From assembly GCA_049999805.1 (NCBI GenBank), contig JBNGIO010006314.1:54834-95843 (forward strand): a stretch of DNA of 41,010 bases, read 5' to 3'. This document shows, in pieces, positions 10,597-22,745 of the stretch. The notes under the pieces are model-generated. The model saw only the letters and a program-made list of their open reading frames with translations, ran no database searches and was not told the origin of the DNA. The DNA is from Folioceros fuciformis. Taxonomy: Eukaryota. Every line of letters begins with the position of its first letter. Positions within the stretch are counted from its first letter, which is position 1. Made by a program: the position numbers and the translations under genes.

Positions 10597-13500
10597 ATGG
10601 CCAGCTCGGATGTCAGCAAAACGGCACTAGCCGAGGTCGTGCGTCAGGCTATCAGCCCTGTGGTGATGGTTATCTCTACCGAGCAAGCGGAGGCGTCATG
10701 TCGCAAGAATTATCTCAGCTTTGCAGACTTGTTGCGGCCTTTCTGCATCCTGGAGAATGTCAACGGTTGCCGTCTCTCATTGCAGCTTGCGCAGAATATA
10801 TTTTAATCTGGTCTTGCCGTCCATGTTGTGCTGGTGCTGATCCGACTATGTGTCTGCTCTGCTCGCAGTTCCCGTGCGAACTGCGAGCGATCAGCCTTAC
10901 CGACTGCAGGAATTTCAATTAAGGTTGTTCAGTTCGTTGGAAATCTCTCAGCCTCGCGTGAAGGTAATCAACAATTGTGCCGCATCCATCTGTGGGGATT
11001 ATTCGATTTTGCTATTGCTGTCTTCCAGGCTTTACCACTTTCCAGCTGATTTGGTTTCACCATCCCAGAGGAATGTTTGGATCTCCGCAGAACATATATT
11101 TAGTTTGTGGGTGAAATCTTAGTTCACATCACTCCAGGTCGGGGTTTGCCATCTTACATGTTGTTTCTTGTACTGATACAGACTGCAGAGGAGTACTTGA
11201 CACAAGCTGTGACTGACTCAAGTGATGATGCGCTGGCAGAGCTTAAAGGAGACCCCCGAGATATTAATGTTGTCCGAAAGAGTATGGTCATCTCTCTGTC
11301 TGTGCGAATGGGAAATCATTTATGAGGAACAGATGCATCTGCAGTTGTTGGGTACTAACTGTCCTGTCCTGTACCTGTAATTCTTCAGTGGCAGAGACAG
11401 ATTCTCCGACATCGTGGTACCATAAATATTGCAGGGAATTCATGCGGACGTTGGTCTTTTCTGAACATGAAGCAATTGATCATCCTGTTGCATGTAGGTA
11501 ACTACTTTCAGGCTTGAAACTTTTGTTTTCGTAGTAGTCCTTGTGAGGTGACCATCAGCCAGCATAGGCGGATCAAGTGTAGTTCCTCAAAGCTATGAAT
11601 TTTTGTGAGGCCTTTTGAAGTTGGACACTGTTCATTCTCTGAGATGTCACCGTGGCCATCCGTGTAACTTGATATCCTGCTCTGTTTCATCACTAGGCCT
11701 GCTAGTGGTGTCTTCAAGCGATGAGAGCCCTCTCAACAAGTTTACGGAGCTTTTTAAGCCGGAAAAACTTCCGGCTCTTCTGAATGAGGGAGCGATGGAT
11801 CCAAATCTGCTGAAGCACTACATACTTCTCCATGACATGCAAAATGGCCCGTCTCAGAGGTGTTTTAATTACTGGAATGCCACATGAGTTAGAGGCGGGA
11901 TTTGTCTGTGAGACCTTTTCGTTCATGCCATTGCTTGAAAGTTGATTCCGGCTGATGCAACAGGGCTGCAGAGCTCTTGGCGGAAATGAGGGCAGCCCTG
12001 GGACAGAGCACTTGCACCTTGCTGTCTATCAATTCAAGCTCTCCAGAGACTGATTCTGAACGAGAGGATCTCTGGTCGGCCCACTTGTCAGTGCCAATGG
12101 TCCCTACCTCTAGAGATGAAACTGCCCAGGTATTTTGGTTGCATAGCTGCAGGAACTTTTGCTGGGCTAGGTAAGGCCATGCTTGAAAGTATCGTACGGG
12201 CTTGTGTTCCATCAGCAAGATCCCAAGGCTCAAAGGCGAGGAGGCTACATCAGCAACAGTGACATTGATGAGGTATGGATCTTTTCTGGTCTTGGAGTGT
12301 CTAATCAGCTTAGCAGTCAGCAGGGACGGATTTGAATTTCTTGTGGCTATGGCAGATCGTTGAATTTGTATTGGACTTCTCTCTGAAACAAATCATACCT
12401 TTTATGGAGCAAAAAATCAGAGCTCTTAATCAGCAGGTGAGCCCTTCATGACCGCAGCGGGCTGGTTTTGTTAGACAGTGAGCTAACTCTTAGAATCTGT
12501 CTTCAGGGACACGGGCTTTGGATTTTGTGACATTTAGGCTGCTTTTCCATGTACTGGTTAGGATGTTGTCACTTAAGTTTGCTCCCTTTAGGATCTCACA
12601 GTCACGTCACATTTGGTTAGGTCACTGCGACGAGGAAAGGGTTGAAAAATCAAATCAAGAACTTGTGGTGGCGCAAGGGGAAAGAAGAAGTGCCTGAGAC
12701 ATCAACTGGTGCCATGTACTACTGTTCAACCTTCAAAATCTTCCCTTTGACATGACATTTCCCCAAATTACTGCTATGATGGATGATTCATGTTGGTAAT
12801 ATCAAGCTGTCCATGCTTTGCAGGTATGCCCACAGCTCAATTGAGTCACAAATAAGAGTGCTCGCTGACTATGCATTTATGTTGCGTGATTACGAGCTCG
12901 CAGCATCAAACTTCCGGCTTCTTGCAGGCGACTACAAGACGGACAAAGCATGGAAGCGCTATGCTGGAGTGCAGGTTTACTTGCACTGCTCTCTCTGGCC
13001 TCGCTTGTTTGTTCATGGCTTTTGAGGTTATAGTAGCATCATGTAACAACCTCAGTTGAATATGTATGGGTATAATTTGTTCAGCATTTTTAACATTGTC
13101 AATAGATCTGCAAGTAGCGAAGGAGTTGTTGTTAGATGGTCTGCTGATTCTTTGGACTTGGCTTACAGGAAATGTTGGGGCTTGTATTGTTCATGATGGA
13201 TCAAAATCGTAGGGAGGCTGAGGGCTGCTTTGAAGCAGCTTATCTACACTATCTGGTTAGCTCTTGAATAACCAATGATTGGCAAGTAGGCGCTCCTGCC
13301 TGAGGATGACTTCTGCAATGTTTTTGGTTAACAGAAAGGTGGTACTACCTGTGGACGATATGCAACTCGTGCAGCAATGTGGTCAGCTGAGGTGCACAAG
13401 GCACGGTTCCAGTTTAAAGAGGCTGCTAGTGTCCTTTTCCGTGCATCGTCAGAGGTTGGTCTGCTGCATCCTCCCTTAGATTTGAAGACAGTTTGAATCA

Positions 13501-16500
13501 TGTAATACCCATGTTGACCTTCTCCTGCAACTAGGAAACAAGTCTGCGCTCAGCAGTTCTACTGGAGCAAGCTGCTTACTGTTACTTGCGGACTATGCAA
13601 CCAATGCTGCACAAGTACGGTTTTCATCTAGTGCTGGCTGGGAATCGCTATACACACTGTAATCAGGTATTTTGACTCTAGGAATCAGCAGTCGAGGGGG
13701 AGGTGGTGCAGTTACTGTAGCCTGTTTCAAACTGCCCCTCGAGCAATGATTTTCTTGTGTCCCTGAACCATCTGGCTCATGTTGATGTCTTGGAACCGAG
13801 GTGAAGTAGTACTGACTGTGCGTTTCCTACTGAATCAGAAAGACCATGCCATCAGAGCGTACACAAGTGTCACAAGCATATACGGGGATGGATGGAACTT
13901 TGTTGCTGATCATGTACATTTCAACCTCGGAAGGTTAATTTGCCAGTTTTTTGCACATGCTGTGTGGATGTAGAAGTAACAGATGTTGTGTACTCATGAT
14001 TTGAACCGCTCTCGCTGTCCAGGCTTTGCGCCCATGTTGGGGATTTCACCACATCTGTATTGTACTTTCTGAAACTGCTGTCTTGTAGCCATCAGTCTAC
14101 AACAAATCAAACCACTTTTCTCCGAGAATTTTTAATTGTCATTCAGGTAAGCATCTGCTTGCTGGAGTAGGTCTCAGTGGATGGGCAAGATCAATGATAA
14201 AAGTGTTTTCTTTTTGGTCAGAACATAGTTGGTAAGAAAGAGATGTTGGATCTGGGTCTTCCTGCCATCAGTGCAGACCAGTATTTTGTGAATTTCGAGG
14301 ACCATCGCGTTTTCTCATCAGCATCAGCTGTAAGTTTTTCAGAATTGTATTTGCCCATAAGTTCGGTAGAAATAGGGGTCTAGCATTTCGACCATTGGAA
14401 AATGCCAAGACAATATATTGTCAACAGGCTCATTCTCTGCTTTTGGTTTAGGCTTCACTTCCTGAAGGCGTTTGGGCATCTCTTGAAGAAGGTGTCATCC
14501 CTGCTTCAACTGTGGCTGTAGCAACATGGTTGGATGCACCAAAGACTGTGGGGAAGGTCAAGGATACAAACATTTGTGTGGCAGGAGGTGAACCTTTCTA
14601 ACTGGTAAAAGTGTCAGTTTTGTATTGAAGATTAAGATCTGTTTCAACTAAAGACACCCTTATTGTTACAGAGGAAGTTGGTGTCGACGTGGAATTCAGC
14701 AATCCCCTGCAAATATCGATTGACATTTCATCTGCTAGCCTTATATGCGAATTTAATGTGCCTAGCCATGTGACCCTGGATGGTAACTTTCAAAGGATAC
14801 TAAAAGCTGTCGGTTAATTGGGATGACTAAGATCAAATTTGCTGAATTTGTGCAACCCTGCTTTCAACTTTCTGGTTCTAAGGAGTGATTCAACATCGTT
14901 GAATGCAGGAAGTAGATCCCCTGTGGAGGACAGCACATCAGATGCGAAGGATTCGACAAGAATGTAAGTGACACATCCTTTGTTGGAATAGATAGGGACT
15001 CTTGAAAGGCAGCGTTACAAGGCATTTTCTTCATCCAATGCAGGGCAGAAATGGAACAACCAGTTGAGGCTGAACTAGTTCTCCCCGAACAAGCCTTCTC
15101 CCTGAAACCCGGTGAAAAGGTTAAGGTACTGACCAACTTAACAGCCGTTAAAATGTCTCATCTTTTTCGTCCCGGGACGGTATGGGGAAAATACGAACTA
15201 AGTTGATTTCCTCTCGTGTCACGTTCTTGCAGATCCGATTGAAAGCAAGGCCGGGTAGGAAGGGATTCTTATCAATAGTGGGGGTAAAGTGGATCTTGTC
15301 AGACGTTGCAGTTGGTTACAAGCACTTCACCTTACCTGGAGCAAAAAGACCAGCGACCAAGTCAAAACCAAAGGACCCGCCCCCTCATCAAAGACTAAAG
15401 TTTAGTGTTCTGGAGGTACTTTTGTTCACGTGGAGGTCAAATTGTGGCTTTTCAGGGTGACAAACCTGACATGATGTTGCACATGTTAGAGAATGCCTCG
15501 ACTTGAAGTTTCACTCCATGAATTACCTGCAACTTTGAAGGCTGGAGAGCTGCGTCGTGTTGTGTTAGAACTATTCAATCCATCATCTGCCACTTTGAAG
15601 GTACTTGCTTTTTCCATAAGGTGTCGCACTGGGTTAGGTGCCGACTCAGCCGGTGACCATTACATCGCCTATGCTCTGGACTCTGTGGCAGAATTTCAAG
15701 CTCAAGACAAGCCATCCCAGCTACCTACTGGTTGGAGATCAAGGAGATCTGGAAGGAGAGTTTCCCAGCTGTCTGGAGGCCCAAAAGAACTTTCGACCTG
15801 TTCTAGAAACGATGAATTCTTCACATGATCATTCAAGTACCGAAGGCTTTATTTTCAACTTCCCCAGTGTAAAAGTCCTGCAGAAGCTGTGGATGTTGGT
15901 TTAGACTCAGCAATCTCCTTAAGAAGCAGATCTCTGATTAATAATTGCTTGTGCCGTTTATGCAGGCAACTGTGCTGGAAGGTAATTCAACACTACTTTG
16001 GCCCTTGTGGATACACGCGCGCCATGCTGGTTCGGTGACGATCAAGTCTGTAATCTATTATGAGACTCAGGAAGAGGTTGAAGGGCTGCATTTTCGAACA
16101 GTACGGATGGTCCACAGTCTCCAGGTATTGCTTCAGTATAGAGGCTTGAAGATGTGCATTTGACTGCCTGAACAATACCATTAGGCTTGATCTCATGTTA
16201 ACTAAGGACGTGGCTGTTGTGACTCCAGGTTCTTCCATCCCTTCGAGTTTCTGTTGGTATTTCACCCTGTCCACTACAGCTTCAAAGGTTTTTGTTACGA
16301 TTGGATGTGGAAAATGAACACTCCACTGAGAGTTTCTGGCTTCGCCAAGTGTCTTGCGCTGGCAACTCTTGGTCTTTAGCTCCATTGTTACCACCATTCG
16401 TCGAGCAGAATTCTGCTAGTGGTGACACTCTAAAAGCAGAGTCTGCTGATGTGAGAGCTGCATTTCTTTCAGCTTCAGTTTCCCCTTCCCAATTGCTGCC

Positions 16501-17835
16501 AGCTGGCCAAAAGCTATCACTTTTTTTTCAGCTTGTGGTAAGTGGTTCACAGTTTACTCACCTGTTATTCGGTTGCTGCCCTAATGCCACGGTGTTGTAC
16601 TTGCTACTGAGTCCCATGAAATTAGTGCAGAATTCTCTCTCACATGGTCCGACGAGAGGCACACTTCAAGGGCAAAGTATGGAGGAGATTACGGGTGACA
16701 TAAGATTAGGACCACCCAGTAGTAGAGAACCACTTATTGACATATCGTCTGGGCCCCTGTTTATTTTCCATTTGCGCGAAAGGCTGTATCAACCAAAGCC
16801 CAAGTTGCCATCATTTCTGGAAGAGGTGCTTGATACGTTTGTTTCCGGCTCTTAAGAAGCGTTTGTCGCATGTCATAACTCCATTCGTGTGTCTCACTTG
16901 CAGGCTGCAAGGGTCCAGGCCCCTGAGCCTTTGTTGGATGCTCAGATGGCTGACATTGTGCTCATCTCAGAGCAACAGGACGGCATGAGCACAGAGAAGT
17001 CAGGATCCCCACATAGCCACTTTCACTTTAGTACTCATCATATCTGCCATTCCAGGTGGGCTCACTCAACTAGTGCTTTGTTCTTGACGTGACTGAATAG
17101 TTATGTTAAAAGGTTGTCCTTCTAACCATGCGAACACTGTCTTCCTTCAGTGTGCATGGCTCGCAGCCACTAGTGTGGGTCTTGGAAGGGCCAAGCAACG
17201 CTGTCCACGACTTTTTCAGTCAGCCCTTTTGTGAGGTTAAGTTTGTACTGACCATCAGGAACATCTCCCGTCGTCCAGCATCCGTGAAAGTCGAGACCTT
17301 CGATGCAAATGCCTCACAGCCAAACTCTAGTGTATCCAGCTTGGCTGAAACTCGTGAAGTATTGGGTGGGTGGTCCTTGCTAACAGCTCAGGACGCTCCG
17401 ATATCAGGGCCTACCGCACCTGCGCCCCTCAGAACTCTGTCTCCATCCCTGGATGAGCACGTTCCAAGGAAGATAGCCTCTTGCAGCCCATACATGTGGT
17501 GCAACTTGAGGTCAAAAGTGATACCACATCTGGAGGCTGGGACATCGGTGCAAGTTCCATTGCATGTTGCTTTCTTCACACCTGGTATGTATGATCTGTC
17601 AAGATACAGGATAACCTGGAGTCTGCAAGGAGAGGCATCTCTCCCTGCCCCAGTAGAAAAGCCGTCTCCTAAAACCACTGTCATCACACGATCCGCAAGC
17701 ACGGTTGGACTTCCGGCGGATCTCCCAGAGAACAAGCCTGGTGCAGGTCCTGGAGCCACACGGCGTGACAACGTGGGAGCTGGCCATCCTTGGCTGCTCA
17801 GAGTTCTTCAAGCTAAGCCGGCAGGTACGTTTTAG
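10597..17835 (+). CDS. TRS85: TRAPP III subunit TRS85/TRAPPC8, ~28 exons
   Basis: N-terminus ISPVVMV...LRPFC...VPVRTASDQPYRL; FSEHEAIDHPVACLLVVSS; RKGLKNQIKNLWWRKGK; ESQIRVLADYAFMLRDYELA...DKAWKRYAG; KYGFHLVLAG; C-terminal PGMYDLSRY; consistent GT-AG exon chain. Confidence 0.92.
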
Positions 17836-18370
17836 GAGCCACCATACGCATTTTTTGGCCACCTCTGTTGGAATATTGGCATCCTCTTGTGTGGCGAGCT
17901 CGGGGCTACCATCGAGGTGGCGGTGTATTAAAGCGGGCGGCCTTGACTGGAAATCGAAATTACTTTCTCTTAGAAGACGGTCCATTGTTGTTTCTTGCCC
18001 CCTGGATTCTATTATCTCCACGGTCATCCCAGTTGCCCCTTGGAGCCTCATCTCTTTATCGCCCGCGTTTCGCCAGTGCCTTGAGTCAAAATGATTTTAG
18101 CATTGACATGCACAACACGCCAAGGACTAGAGGGAAACGAATGGTAAAGAAAGTCCGATCAAACAATGTGAAGTGTTCATAGGCGCCTGGGTTGGATTCG
18201 AGTACCTTTACATTGCACGGGATCCCATCTGTTCTATTGTAGATGAGCTACGCTGCGTACACGGTGATCTACCTGGTTTGGATATTGTAGTGACCCGGCG
18301 ATAGGATGCCATTCCAAGCAATGTTGATAGCCGGAACTTTGCGCTAGACCACTCTTCGTCCTGCCAGTTC

Positions 18371-21300
18371 ATGGGCCATGTGCCTGCCAATGCTGATGGT
18401 GTGGTAATGCAAAGTCTGTGGGCATCCTGCACGGGCGGCGCAGAGTGTTGTGTGTCTCATCTTCCAAGAGCGGTGCCTGCGAGATGGCTACATTATGGCA
18501 ACCGGATTCGATGCGGACCCATCCAACAGGTGGGTGTGCAGAGGGTCCTAAGGCAGCTCCAGGTCTCCTCTCTGTGGGGAATCAGACGCCGGCAAAGAAT
18601 CATGCCTCCAGGTGCAGCAGTGTTAGGAGCCCAGCGCTTGCGAGCAAATGGATGGCTGGGGAAGCATTTTTCAGAGATGCTGGTCGGGGAACGGGAGCGA
18701 GAGCCGGAGGTGGAGAGGGATCAGGAGCGCTTGTGGCGACAATTTTTTGTGGACCCTTCTATGTGGTGGGATGAGAGGCGAGGCAAGAAGAGCTCCCGTT
18801 CGCCTGATTTCCGGCGGAAGGGGTCCGGCAAGGTCCTCCGATTAAGTAACTTGTCCAATCCAGCGTGGGTGGATGAGCAGCTCGTTGCTTTGGATGTGCA
18901 GATGGGTCAGGGCGACTCTCCTTCCAACTCGAGGTCGCCGGGTGATTTTGTTCCTGGTAGGTGTGCAGGATTGGTCAAGGGCGTCGGCGCCGTGTCGGCG
19001 GATAGCGTGAGCATTTTGTGTCAGCAGGGGAAGCTTACTGAAGCCGTTGGAGCCCTGGAAGCTCTAGCAAAGACAGACGGGCGTATTTCTCCGTCTCTCT
19101 TGTACACTGTGTTGAAAGAAGGACATGTTTGTAGGGCGACAAGTGCATGATCTCAGTGTGAAACTACGATATGAGTCAAATACGTTCTTGGGAAACCATA
19201 TCTTGTGCATGTATGCATTGGGAGGCAGGCTACAGGAGGCCATGGATGTGTTCACCAGGGTGCACAAACCAAATGCCTTCATGTGGTTTTCCATCATCTC
19301 AGCCTATGCTAAACATGGGAGACCAAATGTGGCCATACAACTGTACAATGAGATGCTGAGCACAGGTGTGGAGCGGGATGCCCACATCTTTGTAGCGGCC
19401 CTTCAAGCTTGTGCATTTGCTGCCGACCTGGAATCTGGCAGGAAAGTGCACTGTGACGTGTTGCAGAGTGGCATTCCTCCTAGCTTGTTTGTTGGCAACT
19501 GCGTGGTGGACATGTATGCAAAATGTGGCCAACTGGACGATGCACCCAGGGTCTTTGACAGTTTGATCTCAAAGGATGTGGTGACATGGACGGCCCTGAT
19601 ATCTGGGTATGCAAATCGTGGCCTTGGCCCAGAGGCGCTGCTTCTGTACGGACACATGGAGGAGGACGGCGTAATCTTAGGTGACCATGTTACTTGTCCT
19701 TGCCTTCTTAAGGCCTGTGCAACCGCCGGTGCCCGAGAAAAAGGCAGGGAGCTGCACTCGCAGATTGTGGAAAGAGGACAACTAGATAACGCACTCGTGG
19801 GCAACTGCCTGGTGGACGTGTATGTAAAATGTGGTGAGCTGCCAGATGCTCGCAGGGTTTTTGACAACCTGTCTGCAAAGGATGTGGTGACATGGACCAC
19901 CCTGACAGCTGGGTATGCAAATCATGGGCTTGCCCATGAGGCGCCGGCTTTGTATGGACAGATGGAGCTGGAGGGCGTGATTGTGGCTGACCATGTTACC
20001 TTGCTGGGCTTCTGAAAGCCTGTGCAAGCCCTGGTGCCTCACATAAAGGCAGGCAGCTGGACTCACAGATTGTGGAAAATGGTCAATTAAAGAACGTACT
20101 GGCTGGCAACTGCCTGTTGGGCATGTATGCAAAATGTTGTGAACTGTCAGAGGCACGCCAGGTCTTTGACAGCTTGGCCACAAAAAATGTGATAACATGG
20201 AATGCCTTGATTGTGGGGTATGTGCAGCAAGGACTCGGCCAAGATTCACTGCACCAAAAAATGGAGGAAGAGGTCCTCATTGTGGCTGACGAGGTTACGT
20301 TTGCTTGTGTTTTGAAGGCGTGTGCAAGTGCTAATTCTTTACAAACGGGCAGGCAGCTGCACTTACAGATTGGGGAAAGAGGGCAGCTACAGAACATGGT
20401 CTTGGCTAACTGCCTGGTGGACATGTATGCAAAACTTGGTGAACTGGAGGAAGCACGCCAAGTTTTTAACAGCTTGGACACAAAGAATGTGGTGACATGG
20501 ACGGCCCTGATTGCTGGGTATGCACGAGAAGGTCTGGACCAAGCGGAACTTGCTCTGTATGGACAAATAGAGCATGAGGGCCTGATTGTGGCAGACGAGG
20601 CCAGTTTTGCTTGCCTTCTTGTGGGAGTGCTGGTGCCTTACAGAAGCGAAGGCAGCTGCACTCACAAATAGTGGAAACTGGACAGCCAGGGAGCAAAGTT
20701 TTGGGCAACTGCCTGGTGGATATGTACGCGAAGTGTGGCGAACTGAAAGAGGCACGCCGAGTTTTCGACAGACCGGCCACCAAGGATCTAGTAACTTGGA
20801 CCGCCCTGATCGGCGAGTTTGGTAGTTGTGATGAAGGTCACAACGCACTAGCTTGCTCTGGGGAGATGTTAGTGGCCGGTGTTCAGCCTGATGATGCTAC
20901 TTTCACTTGCCTTCTAGTGGCCTCCAGTCACGGGGGACTGGTGAAAGAAGGTTGCAAGCACTTCGATTCCATGGTTGAACAGCATGGCATCAAACTTACA
21001 GTTGAGCTTTACAATTGCATGATTGACCTTCATGGGCGTGCAGGCCAGTTAGATGATGCAGAGGACATGCTATTATCATGTGAGAGCCAAAGCAATGCCG
21101 TGGGTATAACGTCTTTGCTGAATGCCTGCAAAAATCACGGAGACATATACAGGGACCAGGTGTTTCGAACGCCTGGTGCGACTGGAGCCTCAGTGTGCAT
21201 TGGCATATGTGCTCATGGCCATTGCCCATGCGGATTCAGGCCGGAGGACCGACGTAGAAAGGATTGAAGCACATAGAATTGCAGCAGGAACTAACAAGAA

Positions 21301-21694
21301 ACCCGCTGTGGCGAGCATGGAGGTGAAACAGAAGGTCCATACATTTTTGGTGGGAGCACAGATATGACCTTGCACTCAAGCTAGAGAGCGTGAATGCTCG
21401 TCTGAAGCGTGAATGTGGGCACGTGCCACGCACAAACTTGGTGTGGAAGCCATTGTCGGAGCAAGAAAAGGAGGATGTGGTTTGTGGGCATGCTGAGAAG
21501 CTAGCTCTGGCTGTCGGTCTTTTGAACACTCCCAGCGGCACACGTGCACTCTGGTGTTAACGAATAATCTACGCACGTGCAGTGACTGCCACTGTGCTAC
21601 CGACATCATGTCAAGGGTTGATAAGGGAGACATTGTTATAAGGGATGGGCACGGATTCGCAGATGGATGTTGCAGCTGTGCGGGTCGACCGTGA
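18371..21694 (+). pseudogene. PLS-class PPR pseudogene with N-terminal PDF motif and C-terminal E1/E2 + DYW:KP 'GRP'-type domain
   Basis: P-L-S triplets spread over consecutive frames; KKPAVASMEV (~21296), CGHAEKLALA (His at 21489), NLRTCSDCH, CCSCAGRP-stop(21692-21694). About six frameshifts (~19120, ~20005, ~20620, ~21150, ~21358, ~21548) plus small in-frame deletions. Start codon uncertain (18371 or 18407). Confidence 0.88.
18731..18883 (+). other. OSB-type PDF motif coding segment inside the PPR pseudogene
   Basis: LWRQFFVDPSMWWDERRGKKSSRSPDFRRKGSGKVLRLSNLSNPAWVDEQL matches the W..FF.nP..WWD.R..K.....PDF..K..g..L.L....P.WV pattern of plant organellar ssDNA-binding (OSB) proteins. Confidence 0.8.
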
Positions 21695-22745
21695 GTTATG
21701 GTGAAGTAGTAGCCAGTGTTGAGCAGGCTGTGACTTGTGGAATAGGGGAGTCGATGTTGCCTGTGAGCAGATATCAGCTGCAGTGGGAGAAGGGGGCTGT
21801 CACACGGGTTCCACTGCAGTACATCCGGTGTATGTACTCTGTACTGGTACTTTTAAATCGTTATTCCTCTGATGTTCAAGTGCACTTGTCCACGACGAGC
21901 TTATTGGTACGAGTCAGGCTGGACTTGTTATGTCTACAGTTTAGGGTATTAGACACGACGACTGGCTGCAGAACATGATGCATGTTCTGTAGACGCCATT
22001 TGGTACGTGGTTGGTCATGTGTAACATTTTGCCGGGGCACCCTCTGCGGAGATGGCATGTGTACTCATATTTTGATAGATTTGCTGGCGTTCTAGTCCAG
22101 GGCTGTCTAAGGCAGGGCTCTCTAACTCGTGGTGAGTGGAGTCTGCGATTTGGAGCTTCACTGACTCGATGTATCTGGATGCTTCGGAATAGACTTCATG
22201 CCCTCTCCGGAGCTGTTGGTCAGTATTTTTAACTGCTTTTGGATATGGTGGAATGCTTCTGGTCCTAAACAACTACCTGTTGAATGGTGGAATGCTTTGG
22301 TCAGTAGATTCAACCCTTTTGGTCATGGTGGAATGGCGTTACAAAATGAATACTCCAATCTCCTTGTTGGGTGCGTATGTAGGAAACCTTTTGTACCTTG
22401 AATGTATTGCTGATAGACCGTCACCTGCACCAAGGCAAAAGTGATTGATTGCCTTCAGTGAACTTTGTTCAGAAGACGCAGAAGAAGACTACAGTCACCA
22501 AGCGGTTCTCCATCTGCAGAGTTCTCCGGAGGTCCAGCAAACTGAGGATAACCCTCCAGACCAGCGACGCCCGCAGATCTCGTGAAGAGGTTGATATGAA
22601 CATGCGTCCCTTAACTCCATGCATATCGTCAATTCGTGAAAGGAAGGGCGTTGCAGGCCTGATCTCATATCTGGCAATCAGCTTTCGCCCTTTGATTCGG
22701 AGGACTGGAATCTGCCTGTCTTCGTTCAAGATTTCAATAACCCGT

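Noticed and set aside
22469-22729. 86-aa ORF downstream of the WW-PPR as the missing rest of its DYW domain
   Set aside because: No HxE, CxxC or terminal CSC-xxx motif found in the region.
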